A stretch of DNA of 60,000 nt from Lama glama (taxonomy: Eukaryota): the NCBI GenBank assembly GCA_028534125.1, contig CM052817.1:8062001-8122000 (forward strand), given 5' to 3'. This document shows positions 1 through 14,254 of the stretch, piece by piece (position 1 is the stretch's first letter; every line of letters begins with the position of its first letter). The translations under genes and the position numbers were made by a program. The notes beneath the pieces were generated by a model. It was not told the DNA's origin. It saw only the letters and a list, made by a program, of their open reading frames with translations, and did no database searches.

Positions 1-249
1 AAACTAGTAAGTTCCTTTACAAATTATAAACAATTGCCATTATCTATATCGTAACTTTAAAAACAGAAGATGGCAAGTTTTACAGTCACACACATGCAGC
101 TGGTTATTCTTTCTCCCAAAAGTAATTAGTCATTACAACGCATGTTAATCAACCTAAAGATGACTCAGATTAACAGTGTAATTACAAAATTCACGGGCTA
201 TCCAAAAAAAACTTCAGGAACTTCTTTAAAAGAAGTAAAACAATACCTT

Positions 250-860
250 TTAAACATTTATTAAACATACACACCTATTATGTGTCAAGTACTATGCTAA
301 GCACAAGCAATAAATGAGAAAACAAAGCAGACACTGTTACTCTCACATTAATGAGGAAGAAAGACTGATAAACAAGTAAACACATAAACAAGTCAGTGTA
401 ACACTTATAATCAGAAATTGCAGGAGGGGAGAGGTGTTGCTGAGCAGATGAAGAGTAACAGAGTGACAGGAAGCAAGATAGCAATTATGACAATTTTATA
501 TGGTAGTTATGGAAGACCTCTTTGATCTGAGTCTGAAAGATGAGAATAAGCCAATCAAGCTAAGAGGAGGTTGGAGGAGAAAAATGTTTCAGTCACTGGA
601 ACAACCAGGACAAAATCTGGATGAGGAAAATGACTGAGTACAATTTAGGAAAGTAGAGACGCATAATGAGCAAGAGTGGGGACGTGCAGTCTAACATGAG
701 GCTATTACCCAAATACAGCGATGCAAAGCCAGTGGAGGGTTGTAAGCAATGGCACAACGTGGTCTTTGCATCTGAGAAAATTACTCTGGCTACTATGAGG
801 AGAAAGGAAACAGGCGGGCAAGACAGATGCAGAGAAACCACTTTAAGAGACTTCTGAAGC
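250..860. mobile_element. L2 LINE 3' fragment
   Basis: Typical L2 3' pattern (catttattaaac...cctattatgtgtcaag...tgtaagcaatgg...ttactctggctact). Confidence 0.7.
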
Positions 861-2969
861 AACCTAAAGTCTGTTTCAAAACTTACAAAACTTTGTGGCC
901 CCATAACAATCTTGACAAACAGGTAAAGCATTAATCTAATTTCACACACAGTGATTTAATCAAAGTCCCACTGCTAGCACCAGAATTAGAATCAAGCCAT
1001 CTGGTGCCAGATTCAGTGTCTCACAAAGAAGGAACATCAGCTTTTGGAATGGTCATTTTAAAGTGTTTTATTTAGAGTTTTAATTAAAAGAATAAAGACA
1101 TACAAACTTTAAAGGCTCATTATTATAAAAAAGTGAACTATTATGAATCTGATTATTGCTTATTAGTACTTTAAGTATTCATACAATAAATCATAAAACC
1201 GAGCCCATCAGCATCATAAAATAAGATACTCTTTGCCTAGCACTTGATTATATAAAGTTCTTTACAAAGTACTTGCAGCTGTACATACAAATTGTGAAAT
1301 TACATAATGTTTAAAAATGATCCATCATGATTAGCCCACACATGACAAGTAAAATACCCTTAATAATTTATTAAATTTGATTTACATGTGCTTAAAATTA
1401 TGTATATATTTTGACTTCTAAAATACACACACTAATGCTAATAAGCCAAGTATATGACAACTTCTCTTTTTAAGTCTTATTTGTTTATAAGTCCTATTTG
1501 TTTACTGGAATTCAGGCATCCATATTCAGGATCTCCATTGTATCTACTTATATAGGATTGCTAATATAACAAACAGAATAGTTTTCAACGATACAGCATC
1601 AAGAGTAGTAAGTAGTTTAAAAACTATAAATCAAATGTATAATAATCAGAGCTACTGATCAAACTAAATAATATAAACTTTGAAGTAAAATTTTTAAATT
1701 CTGAAAAACATTACAATAGTTTGTATATATTTTTTTATATTGGCCTCAAAGTTTACAATATTCTTATTTTCCTAAAACTTCATTTTTTAACATGCTGTAA
1801 GAACATATTCTACAATGAATATGACTTTTTTATTCAAACCAGAATGCATTACTTCATGTTTTTTAAAAAAGGGAAAGTATTGCACGATGCTAAATAATTA
1901 TATTATTGTCTAATCCCTGTCAATGGAAAGAAATCACTAAAAGTATAAACTTTTTATGCATCTTAGTCCATATACAATGGCAGAAATAGATATTCTCTGT
2001 GACATTATTGTAAAATACGTCTCTGCCTAACTTAAAGAAGCAAAATACAAATACAGTACTCGTACGGATTTTCACAGTAATTTTTAGGTTATCAAGGAAA
2101 CATCTAGAGTGTTGATCTGGTTATACTCAATTCAAACAAACTACTTGTCACATTAACTACCTCCAGGAAGTTACTCCAAACACAAAATAAACTGTTTATG
2201 CCCCTACTCAGATAGATAACATGACAGATTGTTATTAGTTGAAGACAGATGAAATACATTAATTTGATTGTGAGCATATGTTTAATTTTACCCCGCCATG
2301 TACACGCTCTAATGCTGTCTTTCTATGATGACACAGTAAATCACACTGTATTAGAAGAATTGCTAATGCAGGAAAATAAAACATTACCAGAACTTGACTT
2401 CGACTTTATAGATTCTTAAACCAAACTTCTTAAAAAACATAACTGCCTGAAAATCATGAGGTTCCACAAACATAAAGAAAAAGGTGTCATCAAAGAAACT
2501 ACTTTAATTTCTAATATAAATCTAAAAAACCTCAATGCAGTTTAACATTTTTCCTATATACTAGTTCATCTATTTGTGAAATGCCACGTCCTTCCTTTTC
2601 CCATTTTCTACTGTTTTTAGTGCTTATCTTACCAATGTGTATACCGTTTTCTACAATAAGAACATTTGCTACCTTTATTCCAACATTTGTTTCCCTCAGG
2701 TTAGGATTTTCCTTTTAAGTACTTCATGATGCTTTAGAGACAATGAAATTAAGATTTTATGAAATAAAATACACTGAGAAAATAAGCTTATCATTTTTTA
2801 AGCTGCACTTATTTGGTTCTTTTGTTATACGCAGCTAAAAACAAAAACAAATAAAAAAGCACACAACACAACAGCCACATGCAAAGTATTTGTCGAATAA
2901 AGAAAAACATTTTTAGGCTCTTAAAAGAAATACAAAATATCAGCTGTGTCTAACATCATATATTTTTCT

Positions 2970-3360
2970 TCATTTTTACAGGGAATACTATACTGTACTG
3001 AAAATTAATGAACTAGAGTCTCACACCACGTTAAGAATGAGTATCACAAAGATGTTGAGCAAAAGAAGAAAGACAAAAAGGAATACACATAAAAAATAGC
3101 ATTCATATCATAAAATTACAAAATTAAACATTACTCAGTGAAGCATACACAGATGATGAAACCAAAATAGAAGACCAAGGGAAAAAGATCAGGACAGAGG
3201 ATAGTAGTTAACTTTGAAGGTAGAGAGAGGATTGTTTAAGTCACTGGCTGGCCTCTGGGGTGCTAGGCAGTACTGTTTATTGAGCCAAGAATAGCTATTC
3301 TTTAAATTATACATATATTTTATATACTCTTCTGTATGTATATCTCACTATATTAAAAAT
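2970..3360 (+). mobile_element. Old L1 (L1ME-like) 3' UTR fragment
   Basis: gaatactatactgt...ttgagcaaaagaag...ttctgtatgtat pattern of L1M 3' ends. Confidence 0.6.
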
Positions 3361-3581
3361 TACTAGGAAAATTACAGCAATATAAGAGTCTTCAAACTGA
3401 ATTTTTCATATGATCATAAAGAAGGGTAACTGTTGCAAAAACATTTTTTCACAATCTTCCCCAAGGACCTCTAATAGTCCCTTAATTACCAAATCACACT
3501 CCTTTGACCTACGTATATATGTCATGAATCTTGTGGATTTTCTCTTGAATTATTTGTTACCTGACTCCACCAGATCTTTGT

Positions 3582-4575
3582 CTTTTTTTTTTTAACATTT
3601 TTTACTGATTTATAATCATTTTACAATGTTGTGTCAAATTCCAGTGTTCAGCACAATTTTTCAGTCATACATGGACATATACACACTCATTGTCACATTT
3701 TTTTCTCTGTGAGCTACCATACATAACGTTTTGTGTATATTTCCCTGTGCTATACAGTATAATCTTGTTTATCTATTCTACAATTTTGAAACCCCATCTA
3801 TCCCTTCCCACCCCCCGCCCCCTTGGCAACCGCAAGTCTGTATTCTCTGTCTATGAGTCTATTTCTGTCCTGTATTTATGCTTTGTTTTTGTTTGTTTGT
3901 TTGTTTTTTAGATTCCACATATGAGCAATCTCANNNNNNNNNNNNNNNNNNNNNNNNNNNNNNNNNNNNNNNNNNNNNNNNNNNNNNNNNNNNNNNNNNN
4001 NNNNNNNNNNNNNNNNNNNNNNNNNNNNNNNNNNNNNNNNNNNNNNNNNNNNNNNNNNNNNNNNNNNNNNNNNNNNNNNNNNNNNNNNNNNNNNNNNNNN
4101 NNNNNNNNNNNNNNNNNNNNNNNNNNNNNNNNNNNNNNNNNNNNNNNNNNNNNNNNNNNNNNNNNNNNNNNNNNNNNNNNNNNNNNNNNNNNNNNNNNNN
4201 NNNNNNNNNNNNNNNNNNNNNNNNNNNNNNNNNNNNNNNNNNNNNNNNNNNNNNNNNNNNNNNNNNNNNNNNNNNNNNNNNNNNNNNNNNNNNNNNNNNN
4301 NNNNNNNNNNNNNNNNNNNNNNNNNNNNNNNNNNNNNNNNNNNNNNNNNNNNNNNNNNNNNNNNNNNNNNNNNNNNNNNNNNNNNNNNNNNNNNNNNNNN
4401 NNNNNNNNNNNNNNNNNNNNNNNNNNNNNNNNNGCAGGTGTCATCCTGAAGTAGGGTTCCTTCTGGATACAAGCCCAGGAGTGGGATTCCTGGGTCATAT
4501 GGTAAGTCTATTTCTAGTCTTTTGAGGAATCTCCACACTGTTTTCCATAGTGGCTGCACCAAACTGCATTCCCAC
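3582..4575 (-). mobile_element. Young 5'-truncated L1 (camelid-type 3' UTR) spanning the gap
   Basis: Minus-strand ORF2 C-terminus ([34 protein letters not shown]), then 3' UTR and poly(A), seen as the T-run at ~3582-3593. Confidence 0.92.
3934..4433. other. Assembly gap (500 N)
   Basis: Run of N inside an L1 copy. Confidence 1.
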
Positions 4576-5489
4576 AATTACTTTTTGCTTCTAGTAATTC
4601 TCCAACACTTTTACAGATTCTCTATATTGCTATAAGATTTGCCTAATCACTTTGAATTGTATTTCTTTTTTTGTATATATATATTTTATTGAAGTACAGT
4701 TTACAGTGTTGTGTCAATTGCATTTCTATTACATAGTCACATACATATCTGCAAACAGACCTATAAGCATTCTTAAGGGATAATGATGAATACTGTTAAC
4801 TCTGTGGAGTCACAGAACAACATCAATAGCAGCCAGCAGCAAGACTGCAGGAAGGGGAGCATGTAGAAATTCATATTATTTCCACTTATTTAGTACCATT
4901 CACTGGATTCCCTAAATTCCCACTGGTGACGGATAATGGATAATTACTTATTTAACTTCAGGATAAAATGTTAATTATAGGTCTAAATGAAGACATAATA
5001 CCATGGAGTAAATCTTTCTATATCTGCGTCTGTCTACAACTTTTATTGCTTACTGACTTTTTTTTTTAAATTCATGTTTCAGGCAGTCTCCATAGGAACT
5101 CTTCCTAGAGATTTCATACTGACACAGGACTACACAGGTTTATCTGCAAAGTTGTACATGATAGATAGTATAATAAGGTCCAAGTTCAATTATGCCTTTT
5201 ATACATAGAATTGTATGGGGAAAAAAAAGAGGTGTTTTTGTCTTCCTTAGACACTAGTATATCCTGAGATCTTGCAAGGAACAGAAACCATAGTAAGAAT
5301 TGCTTCAATTAGCAATTGTATTATTGTTATTTAATTTTTTTTATATTTCCCTCTATTTTCCAATTGCCATCAATTGGAAACCTTATATTAGACCCATTGG
5401 GAGATGGCAAATAATAAAACATAATTTAAAATAACAACAAAAAGCAAATAATAAAGACAAAACTGCCTAACAGCAATAGAATTCAGAGT

Positions 5490-5700
5490 AACAAGAATAG
5501 CTAACATTTATTTAGCACCACACCATTTTATAGGCACTTTACACATATTAAGTCTTTTAACCCTCACAAGAACCATCATTGACAGATGAGAAAACTAAAG
5601 CATAGACAGGATAAGTGACTTACGTAAGGACCACATTTAGCGAGGGCTGGAGCCAGAACTCAAGCCCCAGGCAGTCCAGCTCTGGAGTCTGCATCTTAGC
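5490..5700. mobile_element. MIR SINE
   Basis: MIR core acagatgagaaaactaaagca...agccagaactcaagcccaggcagtc. Confidence 0.8.
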
Positions 5701-5724
5701 TCTCACACAGCTGTCTCCTCATTA

Positions 5725-7075
5725 TGCAGTTTTTTGGGACTGTCTTTTTTTCACACAACATTGTTTCATTCATGTCTTCCCAAGTGGAATAGTTCATTCA
5801 CTTTCATTGCCATATAACATACCTTTATATGAACAGACCACATTTCATACATCTTTTCTCCAACTGACACACTTGAATTGTTTACAGCTGTTAGCTATTA
5901 CCCTCAATGAAGCACCATGACGTCCTTAGTACACGCCCTGTCACCTGATACATATGAGTAGCAGTCTAAGACATTCAGCAGAGGAAAACTGTTGAATCAT
6001 AGGGTCTATGAATGTTCAGTTTTACAGAACAGTGTCAAATTATTTTCAAAGTGGTTGTACCAATTTATAATCCATCCAGCAGTGAAGATGAACTATTGTA
6101 GATTCACACTGTGTCTTACCACTTCTTAGGTTTCTTGATTTGTATCTCACTACTTGTCTGTGGTCTTATTTCACATTTCCTTGACCCGTGATGAGACTGC
6201 ACTTATTCTCATACATCTCTGGGCTATCTGTTCCTCTTTTGTGAAATTCCTATTCATGTTTTATGTCCTTTTTTCTACTGAGTTGTCTTTCTTGTAGATT
6301 TGTGAAAGTATACTAATCTTTTGTCAGTTATTTGTGTTACACATACCTTCTCCCAGTTTGTGGTTTATCTCTTTGAATTATTTAATACATCACTTGATAG
6401 AAACAAAAGTGTTTATCTTAAGTGGGTGATATATTCAACACTGAAATTTAGCCATTACTTCTTGTTTAAGAAATCTTTCCACATCCCAAGGTAGGAAAGT
6501 CATTTTTCATTTTTTTCTTTTAAAAAAGTTGTACCATTAACATTTCAGCCTTTAATCCATTTGGAACTAATTTCTGTCTGTGGCAGTAATACAGGCACTA
6601 TTTTCTTCTTCTCTGTAAATATAAGCAACTATTCCAGGGCTACTTAATAAACATTCTCTTCTTTCTTGAAGATCTTCAACAGGACTTTCACTATAGCATC
6701 AAAGTTCCCTTATGTGAGGGTTTGTTTCCAGCATCTCTGTTCTGTTTCCTTGAGTAAATTCCACATTGTCTTTATTACAAGCTATTTATATAGAGATCTG
6801 ATCACTGGCCTGGCAAATGCTCCTCACATGGTACATTAGGAACATACTGACTATCCTTCGCCCTTTATCCATCCACATATGTATTAGACTCAGTCTGCTT
6901 AAATACCACACACAAACAGCACTGGGCTTTGATTGAAATTATGCTGAATTGATAAATCAATTTAAGATGAACAGCCATCTTTATAATACTGAGTTGCTGT
7001 ATCCCTGAACATGGGAGTTGTCTTCTTTCATTTGGGTCTTATATTAAAATTATATAATTTTCTCACACAGGGATT
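5725..7075 (-). mobile_element. Old L1 (L1ME-like) ORF2 3' / 3' UTR fragments
   Basis: Degenerate antisense L1 motifs (ttttcaaagtggttgtaccaattta, tttaatccatttggaactaatt, ttgattgaaattatgctgaatt). Confidence 0.7.
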
Positions 7076-7129
7076 TTCAGTGTAGCTATTCATATTGTGT
7101 GAGAATCTGAGTAGTTTTATTTCTTCCTT

Positions 7130-9530
7130 TTTAATATGTATGTTTTATATATCTTTTTTCTTACTTTTTTACAATAGCTAGGACTTCAAGAATGATGTTG
7201 AATACAGGAGTGCTGAGAGTGAACATCCTTGCCTTGTATCTGATCTTAGGAGGAAAGAATTCACTAATTCACTATCAAGTATGATGTTAACTGTAGGTTT
7301 TTCATAGATGCCATTTATCAGGTTGAAGAAGTTACTTCTTATTCCTAGTTTGCTCAGGGGATTTTTTTTAATACCATGAATGAATGTTAAACTTTATCAA
7401 ATGTTTTCATGTATTTATTGAGACCATCACATAGTTTTTCTCCTTCAGCCTACTGATACAGGAAATTATATTAATTGATTTTGAAAACTGAACCAGCCTT
7501 GTATTTCTAGGATAAACCCCAGTTGATCATGATGTAGTATCCTTTTCATATATTACTAAATTCAAGTTGTTAATATTTCATTAAGGATTTTCTGTGTCTA
7601 CCTTCATGAGGGATGTTAGTCTGTAGTTTTCTTTCCTTCCACTGTCTTTTTCTGGGTTTAGTATCAGATGAACGCTGCTGTTATAAAATGAGTTGAGAAG
7701 TGCTCCTTCCTCTTTCATGTTCTGGGAGGATATATACACAACTGATGTTATTCCTTCCATGTATGTTTGGTAGAATTCACCAGGAAAATCATCTGGGTCT
7801 GTAGCTGTCTTTGTGGGAACATTTAAAATGATAGATTCAGTTTTTCCCTCCATAAATACAGCAGTATTCAGGTTATCTAGTTCTTCTCGAGTAAACTCTG
7901 GTAGTTTTCATCTTTAAAAGAATTTGTTCATTTAATCAGTTTAAATTTATGGAAGTAAAACTTTTCATTATATTCCCTATTCTCCTTTCAATACCCACAG
8001 GATTTGTGGTAAATTCCCCTCTTTTATTCCTGATACTGTAATTTGTATCTTCTTTTTTCAGAGCCAGTTTGTCTAGAAGTTTATCAATTTTATTTATCTT
8101 TTCAAAGTAGCTTTTGATTAACTGATTTCTCTACTGCTTTTTCTTTCTACTTTTCACTTTACTTTTCTCTTTCTCCTGCTTGCTTTAGGTTTAATTTGCC
8201 TTTCATCTTCTATTTTCTCGAGGTGAAAGCTCATTTAGGTCACTGATTTTGAGAAATTTTTCTGTTTTAAACATAAGCATTTAATAATGCTAAACATTTC
8301 TCTCTAAACACTATTTAGCTGTTTCTCACAAATTTTGATATGTAGCATTTTCATTTTTGTTCAATTCAAAATATCTAATTTTTGTGACTTCCTCATTGAT
8401 CCACAGGTTATTTAGAAATGAGCTGTTTAGTTTCCAACTAATTGGGGATATTACAAATATCTTTATGTTATTGATTTCTAGTTTAATTCCATTATCGTCA
8501 GAGAACATATCCAATTCTTTTAACTTTGTTAAGGCTTTTTTTTATAGGCCAGAATATGGTCTCTCTTGTTCCATGTGCACCTGAAAGCAATGAATATTCT
8601 GCCATCGTCAGATTAAATGTACTGTAAATGTCAATCAGGTCCAGTTGGTTGATGTCTCTATATCCTTATTAATTAGTTTCTACATGTTCTATCAGTATTG
8701 AGAGGAGTCTTTCAGTCTCAACTGCAATGGTAAATTTGTCTATTTCTCTTCTCTGTTCTATTGGTTTCTTCTCTGAGCAGTTTGAAGTTCTGCTGGTGGG
8801 TTTATATACATTTAGGATTGTGATGCCTTTTTTGTGAATTGACCCTTTGATCATTATTTAATGTCTTTCTTTATCCCTGATAAATTCTTGGTATCTGGTA
8901 TAATACAGGTACTTCAACTTTCTTTTGATCAGAATGTGCAGAATGTATCTTTTTCCATTCTTTTACTTTTAACCTACCTGTATCTTCATATTTAAAGTGG
9001 GTTTCTAAAGAACCTGTGGTATATATATACAATGAAATGCTACTCAGCCATTAAAAAGGATGAAGTAATGCCATTTACAGTAACATGGACAGACCTAGAG
9101 ATTATTATACTAAGTGAAAGTGCAGTAAGTCAGACAGAGGAATTTGATATCGTATATCAAATCTGAAAAAATGGCACAAATGAACTTACTTACAAAACAG
9201 AAACAGACTCATAGACATAGAAAACAAACTTACGATTACCAAAGGAGAAAGGGCAGGGGAGGCATAAATTGGGAATCCGGGATTAGCAGATAGAAGCTGC
9301 TATATACAGAATAAATAACAAGGTCCTAATATGAAAAATAATTTATATATATGAACTGAATCGCTATGCTGTACACCAGAAAGTAACACATTGTAAATCG
9401 ACTAAATTAAAAATTAAATTAAAAATAATAAAAATTAAGACATTAAAAAAATAAAGTGGGTTTCTTATAGGCAGCATAGAGTTGAGTTTTGCTTTTCTAT
9501 CCATTCTATCTCTGCATTTTAATTGGTGTA
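7130..9530 (-). mobile_element. Old L1M ORF2 (endonuclease to RT-proximal region), interrupted by a younger L1
   Basis: Degenerate ORF2 peptides on minus: MIKGSIHKKGITILNVY, FSDDNGIKLEINN, PDDFPGEFYQTY...RKENYRLTSLM. Confidence 0.9.
9007..9451 (+). mobile_element. Young 5'-truncated L1 3' end nested in the old L1, with a 14-bp TSD
   Basis: TAAAGTGGGTTTCT at 8993-9006 and 9452-9465 flanks an L1 ORF2 end, 3' UTR and A-rich tail. Confidence 0.92.
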
Positions 9531-9537
9531 TTTAAAC

Positions 9538-9857
9538 CAGGTGTTGGCAAAACGTTCTCTGTAAAGGGCCCGAGAGTAAATATTTCAGGCTTTGCAGGTC
9601 ATATGTTCTTCACAGCAGCTACTCAGCTCTGCCGCTGTAGTGAAAAAGCAGCTACAGACAAGATGCAAACAGATGAGTGTGGCTCTGTTCCAATAAAACT
9701 ATTTATGGACACTAAAATTTGATTTTCATATAATTTTCAGGTGTCAGGAAATATTATCCTTCTTTTGATTTTCTTCTAACCATTTAAAAATGTAAAAACC
9801 ATTCTTAGGCAGTTGGCCATACAAAAAAAGCAGCATGCTGTAGTATGTTGACCCTTG
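9538..9857. mobile_element. MER58B-like hAT-Charlie DNA transposon
   Basis: caggtgttggcaaa...tgtaaagggcc...ccaataaaact...aaaaaccattcttag. Confidence 0.85.
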
Positions 9858-9869
9858 CTCTACACCACT

Positions 9870-10275
9870 GCTCAAATGATTCTTCTGTTTAAAATCCCTT
9901 AGCAGCTTTCTATAGCTCTTAGGAGAAAATCCAAACTCCTTAGAATATTGTCTCTGTTTCTCAACCCCTTCTGCCTTGTACCTTATGCTCCAGCTGCAAC
10001 AAATATAAATTTCTCTTATATTTTAGACTATTTCCTAGCTTCTGAGGCATTATTCATTTTTTTTTTTTTTACTTCTTTCTGAACTGTTATTTCTTGTCCT
10101 TCTCTGTATGGCATATTTCTGCATATTAAGATTCTGTTTAAGTATTTACTTCTACTGTAAAGTCCTCCTGTATATCAAGTACATTACTCTAGGACAACAC
10201 TATCATACTGTCTTTCCGACCACTGTGCTTGGTACATCAAAAGCACTCATGAATGAACGAATGAATGAATGAATA
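9870..10275. mobile_element. L2 3' fragment ending in (TGAA)n
   Basis: aaatccaaactcctta...gtgcttggtacat...tgaatgaatgaat terminus. Confidence 0.6.
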
Positions 10276-11979
10276 CTTCAACTACAAGAGGAAACGGAAT
10301 GTGTATAAATGTTTACAACAGTAAGAACAAAGTCAAGTTCTAAGGTAGTTTTGTTTTTACGGTCATCAAAACACATTTTAACCAAACTGATTATAGACAT
10401 TTTTAAAAATTTTCATAAAAACTAAAAGCATTTTCTTAATTATAAAATATCACTTAGACTTTAATATTAAACTGTAATGTAACAAACTCTCAGAAGATGG
10501 TGCTAGCCCAATATGTCAATAAGCCAAAAAATAAATAAATAATAAGACAACTGACCAAAAAAAAAAGCTTCCTCTAAAAAAAAAAAAAGAGGAATTACTT
10601 AAGGAAAAGGCACAAGTCCAGATAATTCCTAACAAAAACCTTCTTTCCAAAGAGGAAAACTTCATTCATGAACCTAAGACTAAAAACACAAAATTTAATC
10701 AATTTTACCAATTCTTATTAAAATATAGAATAGCAATCAATAATCTTTAATGGTTAAAAAAGAGACCCTAGGAATGAGCTTAATTGCAAACCTAGAAAAC
10801 ATTCATTTCCACTAACATTCAGCTCATAGTCTCAATATATTAACATATCAAATTATAATTCTATGGGTATAAATGGCAGGTGTAGAGAAGACAATGGAAT
10901 GAAGAAAGAAACACGATTATACAACCATCTTTGGTATTCAGCTTTAAACCAGTGTTTTACAATGCATTACACAAGTGACATATTTGAAACAGTTCACTAT
11001 GCTGAAACTTCAATATGCAATACAAATGCATGGAAATAAAAGTGTTTTTTTCAAACAACCATATCAATGGTAATTTTGTACTTTATAAAGTTATGAAATT
11101 ATTCACTAATATTTAAAATCTATTATGCTAAAATGTAATAATAGATTTGGACTTCTCTATCTGGCATAATTCATTCAACAATTATTTATTATACTGTCTT
11201 TTATACACAAGTGTTGCAGAAGAAAATAAAGCATTGTAACAAAATCTCATTTGGAGCCAAAAGTGGCATCAAATAACCTGAACGGTTAAGTAATCCTGTC
11301 TATTGCCAACAAAAAAGTCAACTGCAAAAGTCAAAAATATACTATCTTTGATATTAAATAAACATGATAAAAGCAAAACATACATTAACCAATTGCAATG
11401 AAAAAAATGCATGTCACTGAAACAGGTGTTCAAACTTTAAAGTTGCCAAAAAGAAAAGTACAAGACCTTACTTCATAATTGATCACATCATATTACATTA
11501 CACAACTGGAGCATAATGTGAAAATACGTCTCTCTGTTGGTTGTCAAACACTTCTCACCATGCTTCTGTCATCATGCCAATTTATGACACTTCTACCTCA
11601 CTCTAGGCCATTTAAATGTAAAAACTTCTTTGGGTTTTTTGTATGGTTCTAGCTCACTGTTTTGTTAAGTGGGTCTTTATGGTAAAAAGACTTCAACTAT
11701 TTTTAAAAGACTGTTATGTCTACTTAAGTGTTTTTAAAACTAGTATTTAAGCACAATTAGGACTTTTAATCCAAACTATTAAAGGTTTAAAATACCACTG
11801 CTATGTCAGATCAAATATTAAACATGAGAATACGTAGCAGCATTAAATAAGGAAAAGGTGCCAAGATTAGAAAAGAAACAGAAAACTTTCTGGAAGACAA
11901 AATGAGCAGTTAGAAATAACTCTCTAAATACATGATCAAATATGAAAAGTTTCTAGCATGAACCCTGGAATAGGTAGGG

Positions 11980-12595
11980 TATATCAATTAGGGTTCAGTT
12001 CAAAGAGGCAGAACCGGTATGGGTGATAAAGAAGAGAGATTTATTACAGTGGTCAGATCTTACTCAGCTGTGAGAGTTGCAGGAGTGGTAGGTGCAGGCT
12101 GTTGCCTCTGCATCTAGTCTTGACCCTGAAGTCACTACAGGTCAGCCAGGCCAGCAGGCAGCAAGGGAACTGGACAAGGAGGAGAGCAAGAGCAGACTGG
12201 AACCTGTAAGGATGACAGGAACTGTCACCAACCCAACCCTGACACCAAGGGTGATGTACAGGAGAAGCATGCACCCTTCACTTGGGAGCTATACACGCAG
12301 GGCAAATATTCAGAGATGCAGAAGGGGGAAATCTGGCAGCAGCTGAAGGCACTGAAGTCCACGTGCTACCCTAGACCTACAAAGTGAGCTAGCAAATCAG
12401 TGATGCGGCGTGAGAGCTGCCACAGTGCCTGGTACTCAGCACTAATCCTCAGAGAGTCAAAAAGCATGCTGGCCAATTCACTTCCCTCTTAAAAGTCTTC
12501 CACAAAATGTCTTTTGTGATCAATGCTAACTGAACAATACAGAGAAGGAAATTCTGGGAAATGTATTTCTGGTTAGCCAAGTTGACCCAGCACAA
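11980..12595. mobile_element. ERVL-class solo LTR (subfamily uncertain)
   Basis: ttagggttcag...gcagaacc...gatttatt start and attctgggaaatgta...gccaagttgac end, as in ERVL-type LTRs. Confidence 0.6.
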
Positions 12596-13209
12596 TGTCA
12601 CCACAGAGAGAAACAGGTCAGTGCCCTCACATAACCTTAAGCTGTCATAAAGGCATAAAGAGAAAAAGAAAGAACAGCTGTACAGTGATAAACTCCTTCC
12701 TAACTTCCACAGTGGACAGGGGTCTCAGTTACTGCTTGTCTGTATACCCATGGGAGAAGACTGATCGTCAGCATGCTACCAATACTCTACGGTCAGCGTG
12801 AAATCTACTGCAAACCATGAAGTTTGTCCTCAAATTCAAGGTAAGAATGGCTAAGAAAATTCAACAACACCCTTTATCATAAATTTTTAAATCTAGATCA
12901 GTTACTAATACTATTAAATTCTATCTTTATATGTAAAGAGGAATAAGAGTCTACAGATCTTAAGAAATCAAAAACATGAATGTGAGGCCATAGAGATGTT
13001 AACCCTCAAGAAAACAGTCAATAAAGACAATGAAGGACAAGGGAAAAAAACACACGCATCCCATTCGTGGTATCTGCGATCTCTTCCCACTCCGGCAGGG
13101 GAGGCTGCGGCAGTGGCAACAGCTACTGCTCATTCTGTTTCATTTCAGCCTTGTGGCTGCGGCGAAGGCTGCGGTAGGATTTGGAGGGCACTGAGGAAGG
13201 CTGAGCTCC

Positions 13210-13940
13210 TCTGGGATGGTAATATTCTATATCTTGATAAGGATATAGGTTATATAGGTGCATGACTTGTCAAAATCAACAAAAGGTACACTTAATTGTT
13301 TTTTAATTTCACTGCAAGTAAATTTTACCACACACGAAAAATTGAACTCTAAGTAATGATATGTACAATGAAATATTTAGGTGTAAAGTGTAGTGTCTGC
13401 AACTAACTTTGAAATGCATCAAAATACAGATGAACTGCTAGATGACAGAGAGATAGATAGATGGACAGGTATGTGATAAAGCAAACATAGCAGAATGTTC
13501 ACTGTAAACTCTATATCAGAGGTCAGCAAACTATAGCCTGTGGGCCAAATCTGATCTGCCACCTTCTTATGGCCCCATGAACTAAGAATAGTTTTTACAT
13601 TTTTAAAAAGTTGAAACTAAATGAAAAGAAGAATAATTCATGACATATGAAATACAAAATTCAAATTTCAGTATCTATAAATAAAGTTTTATTGGAACAC
13701 AGCCACATTCATTTATTTACATACTGTCCATGGCTGGACTGATTACTGCAATGGGACAGGTAAATAGTTACAACAGATGCTGTATGTCTTGCAAGTCATA
13801 AAATATTTACTATCTGGCTCTTTTCAGAAAAGTTTGTTGAACTTTTGCTTTAGACAGTGAGTATACACAGGTGTTTACTATAAAATTCTTTCAATTTTTC
13901 TGTATGTTAAACAATTTTTATAAGAACGTTTAAAAAAAAC
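13210..13940 (+). mobile_element. L1MC/ME 3' UTR fragment interrupted by MER58B
   Basis: gatggtaatattctatatcttgat...ttctttcaatttttctgtatg. Confidence 0.65.
13517..13848. mobile_element. MER58B-like element, opposite orientation to the copy at 9.5 kb
   Basis: cagaggtcagcaaactatagcctgtgggccaaatc...taaagttttattggaacacagccac...tactatctggctcttt. Confidence 0.85.
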
Positions 13941-14254
13941 CAGAGCAATAATCATAAACTGATTCTACAGTGGCCCATGGTAGGGGAGGGGAGGGTCTAT
14001 CAGTTCTGGGTGCTGCAACCAGCTCTTCTAAATCCTACTGGCATGTGCGTGGAATTGCAAGAAGGTCAGAAAACTAGAACCAAAAAATGCTCTGTCCTTT
14101 AAAAAACAGCCTAGAAACATTCTACCCACCAGCCAATAGAAGTGTCAAGGAAGCCTGGTATTATAAGAAGCCTTAGGTCAAAGAAAGAAAAGTTTAAAAA
14201 ACATTGAGAAATCAAAACACCAAGCCTTCCCCCATTCTCACTCCTAGTTGAAGA

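Noticed and set aside
3876..4577. Long ORFs of 177-233 aa
   Set aside because: Artefacts of translating through the 500-N gap; the real residues are L1 ORF2.
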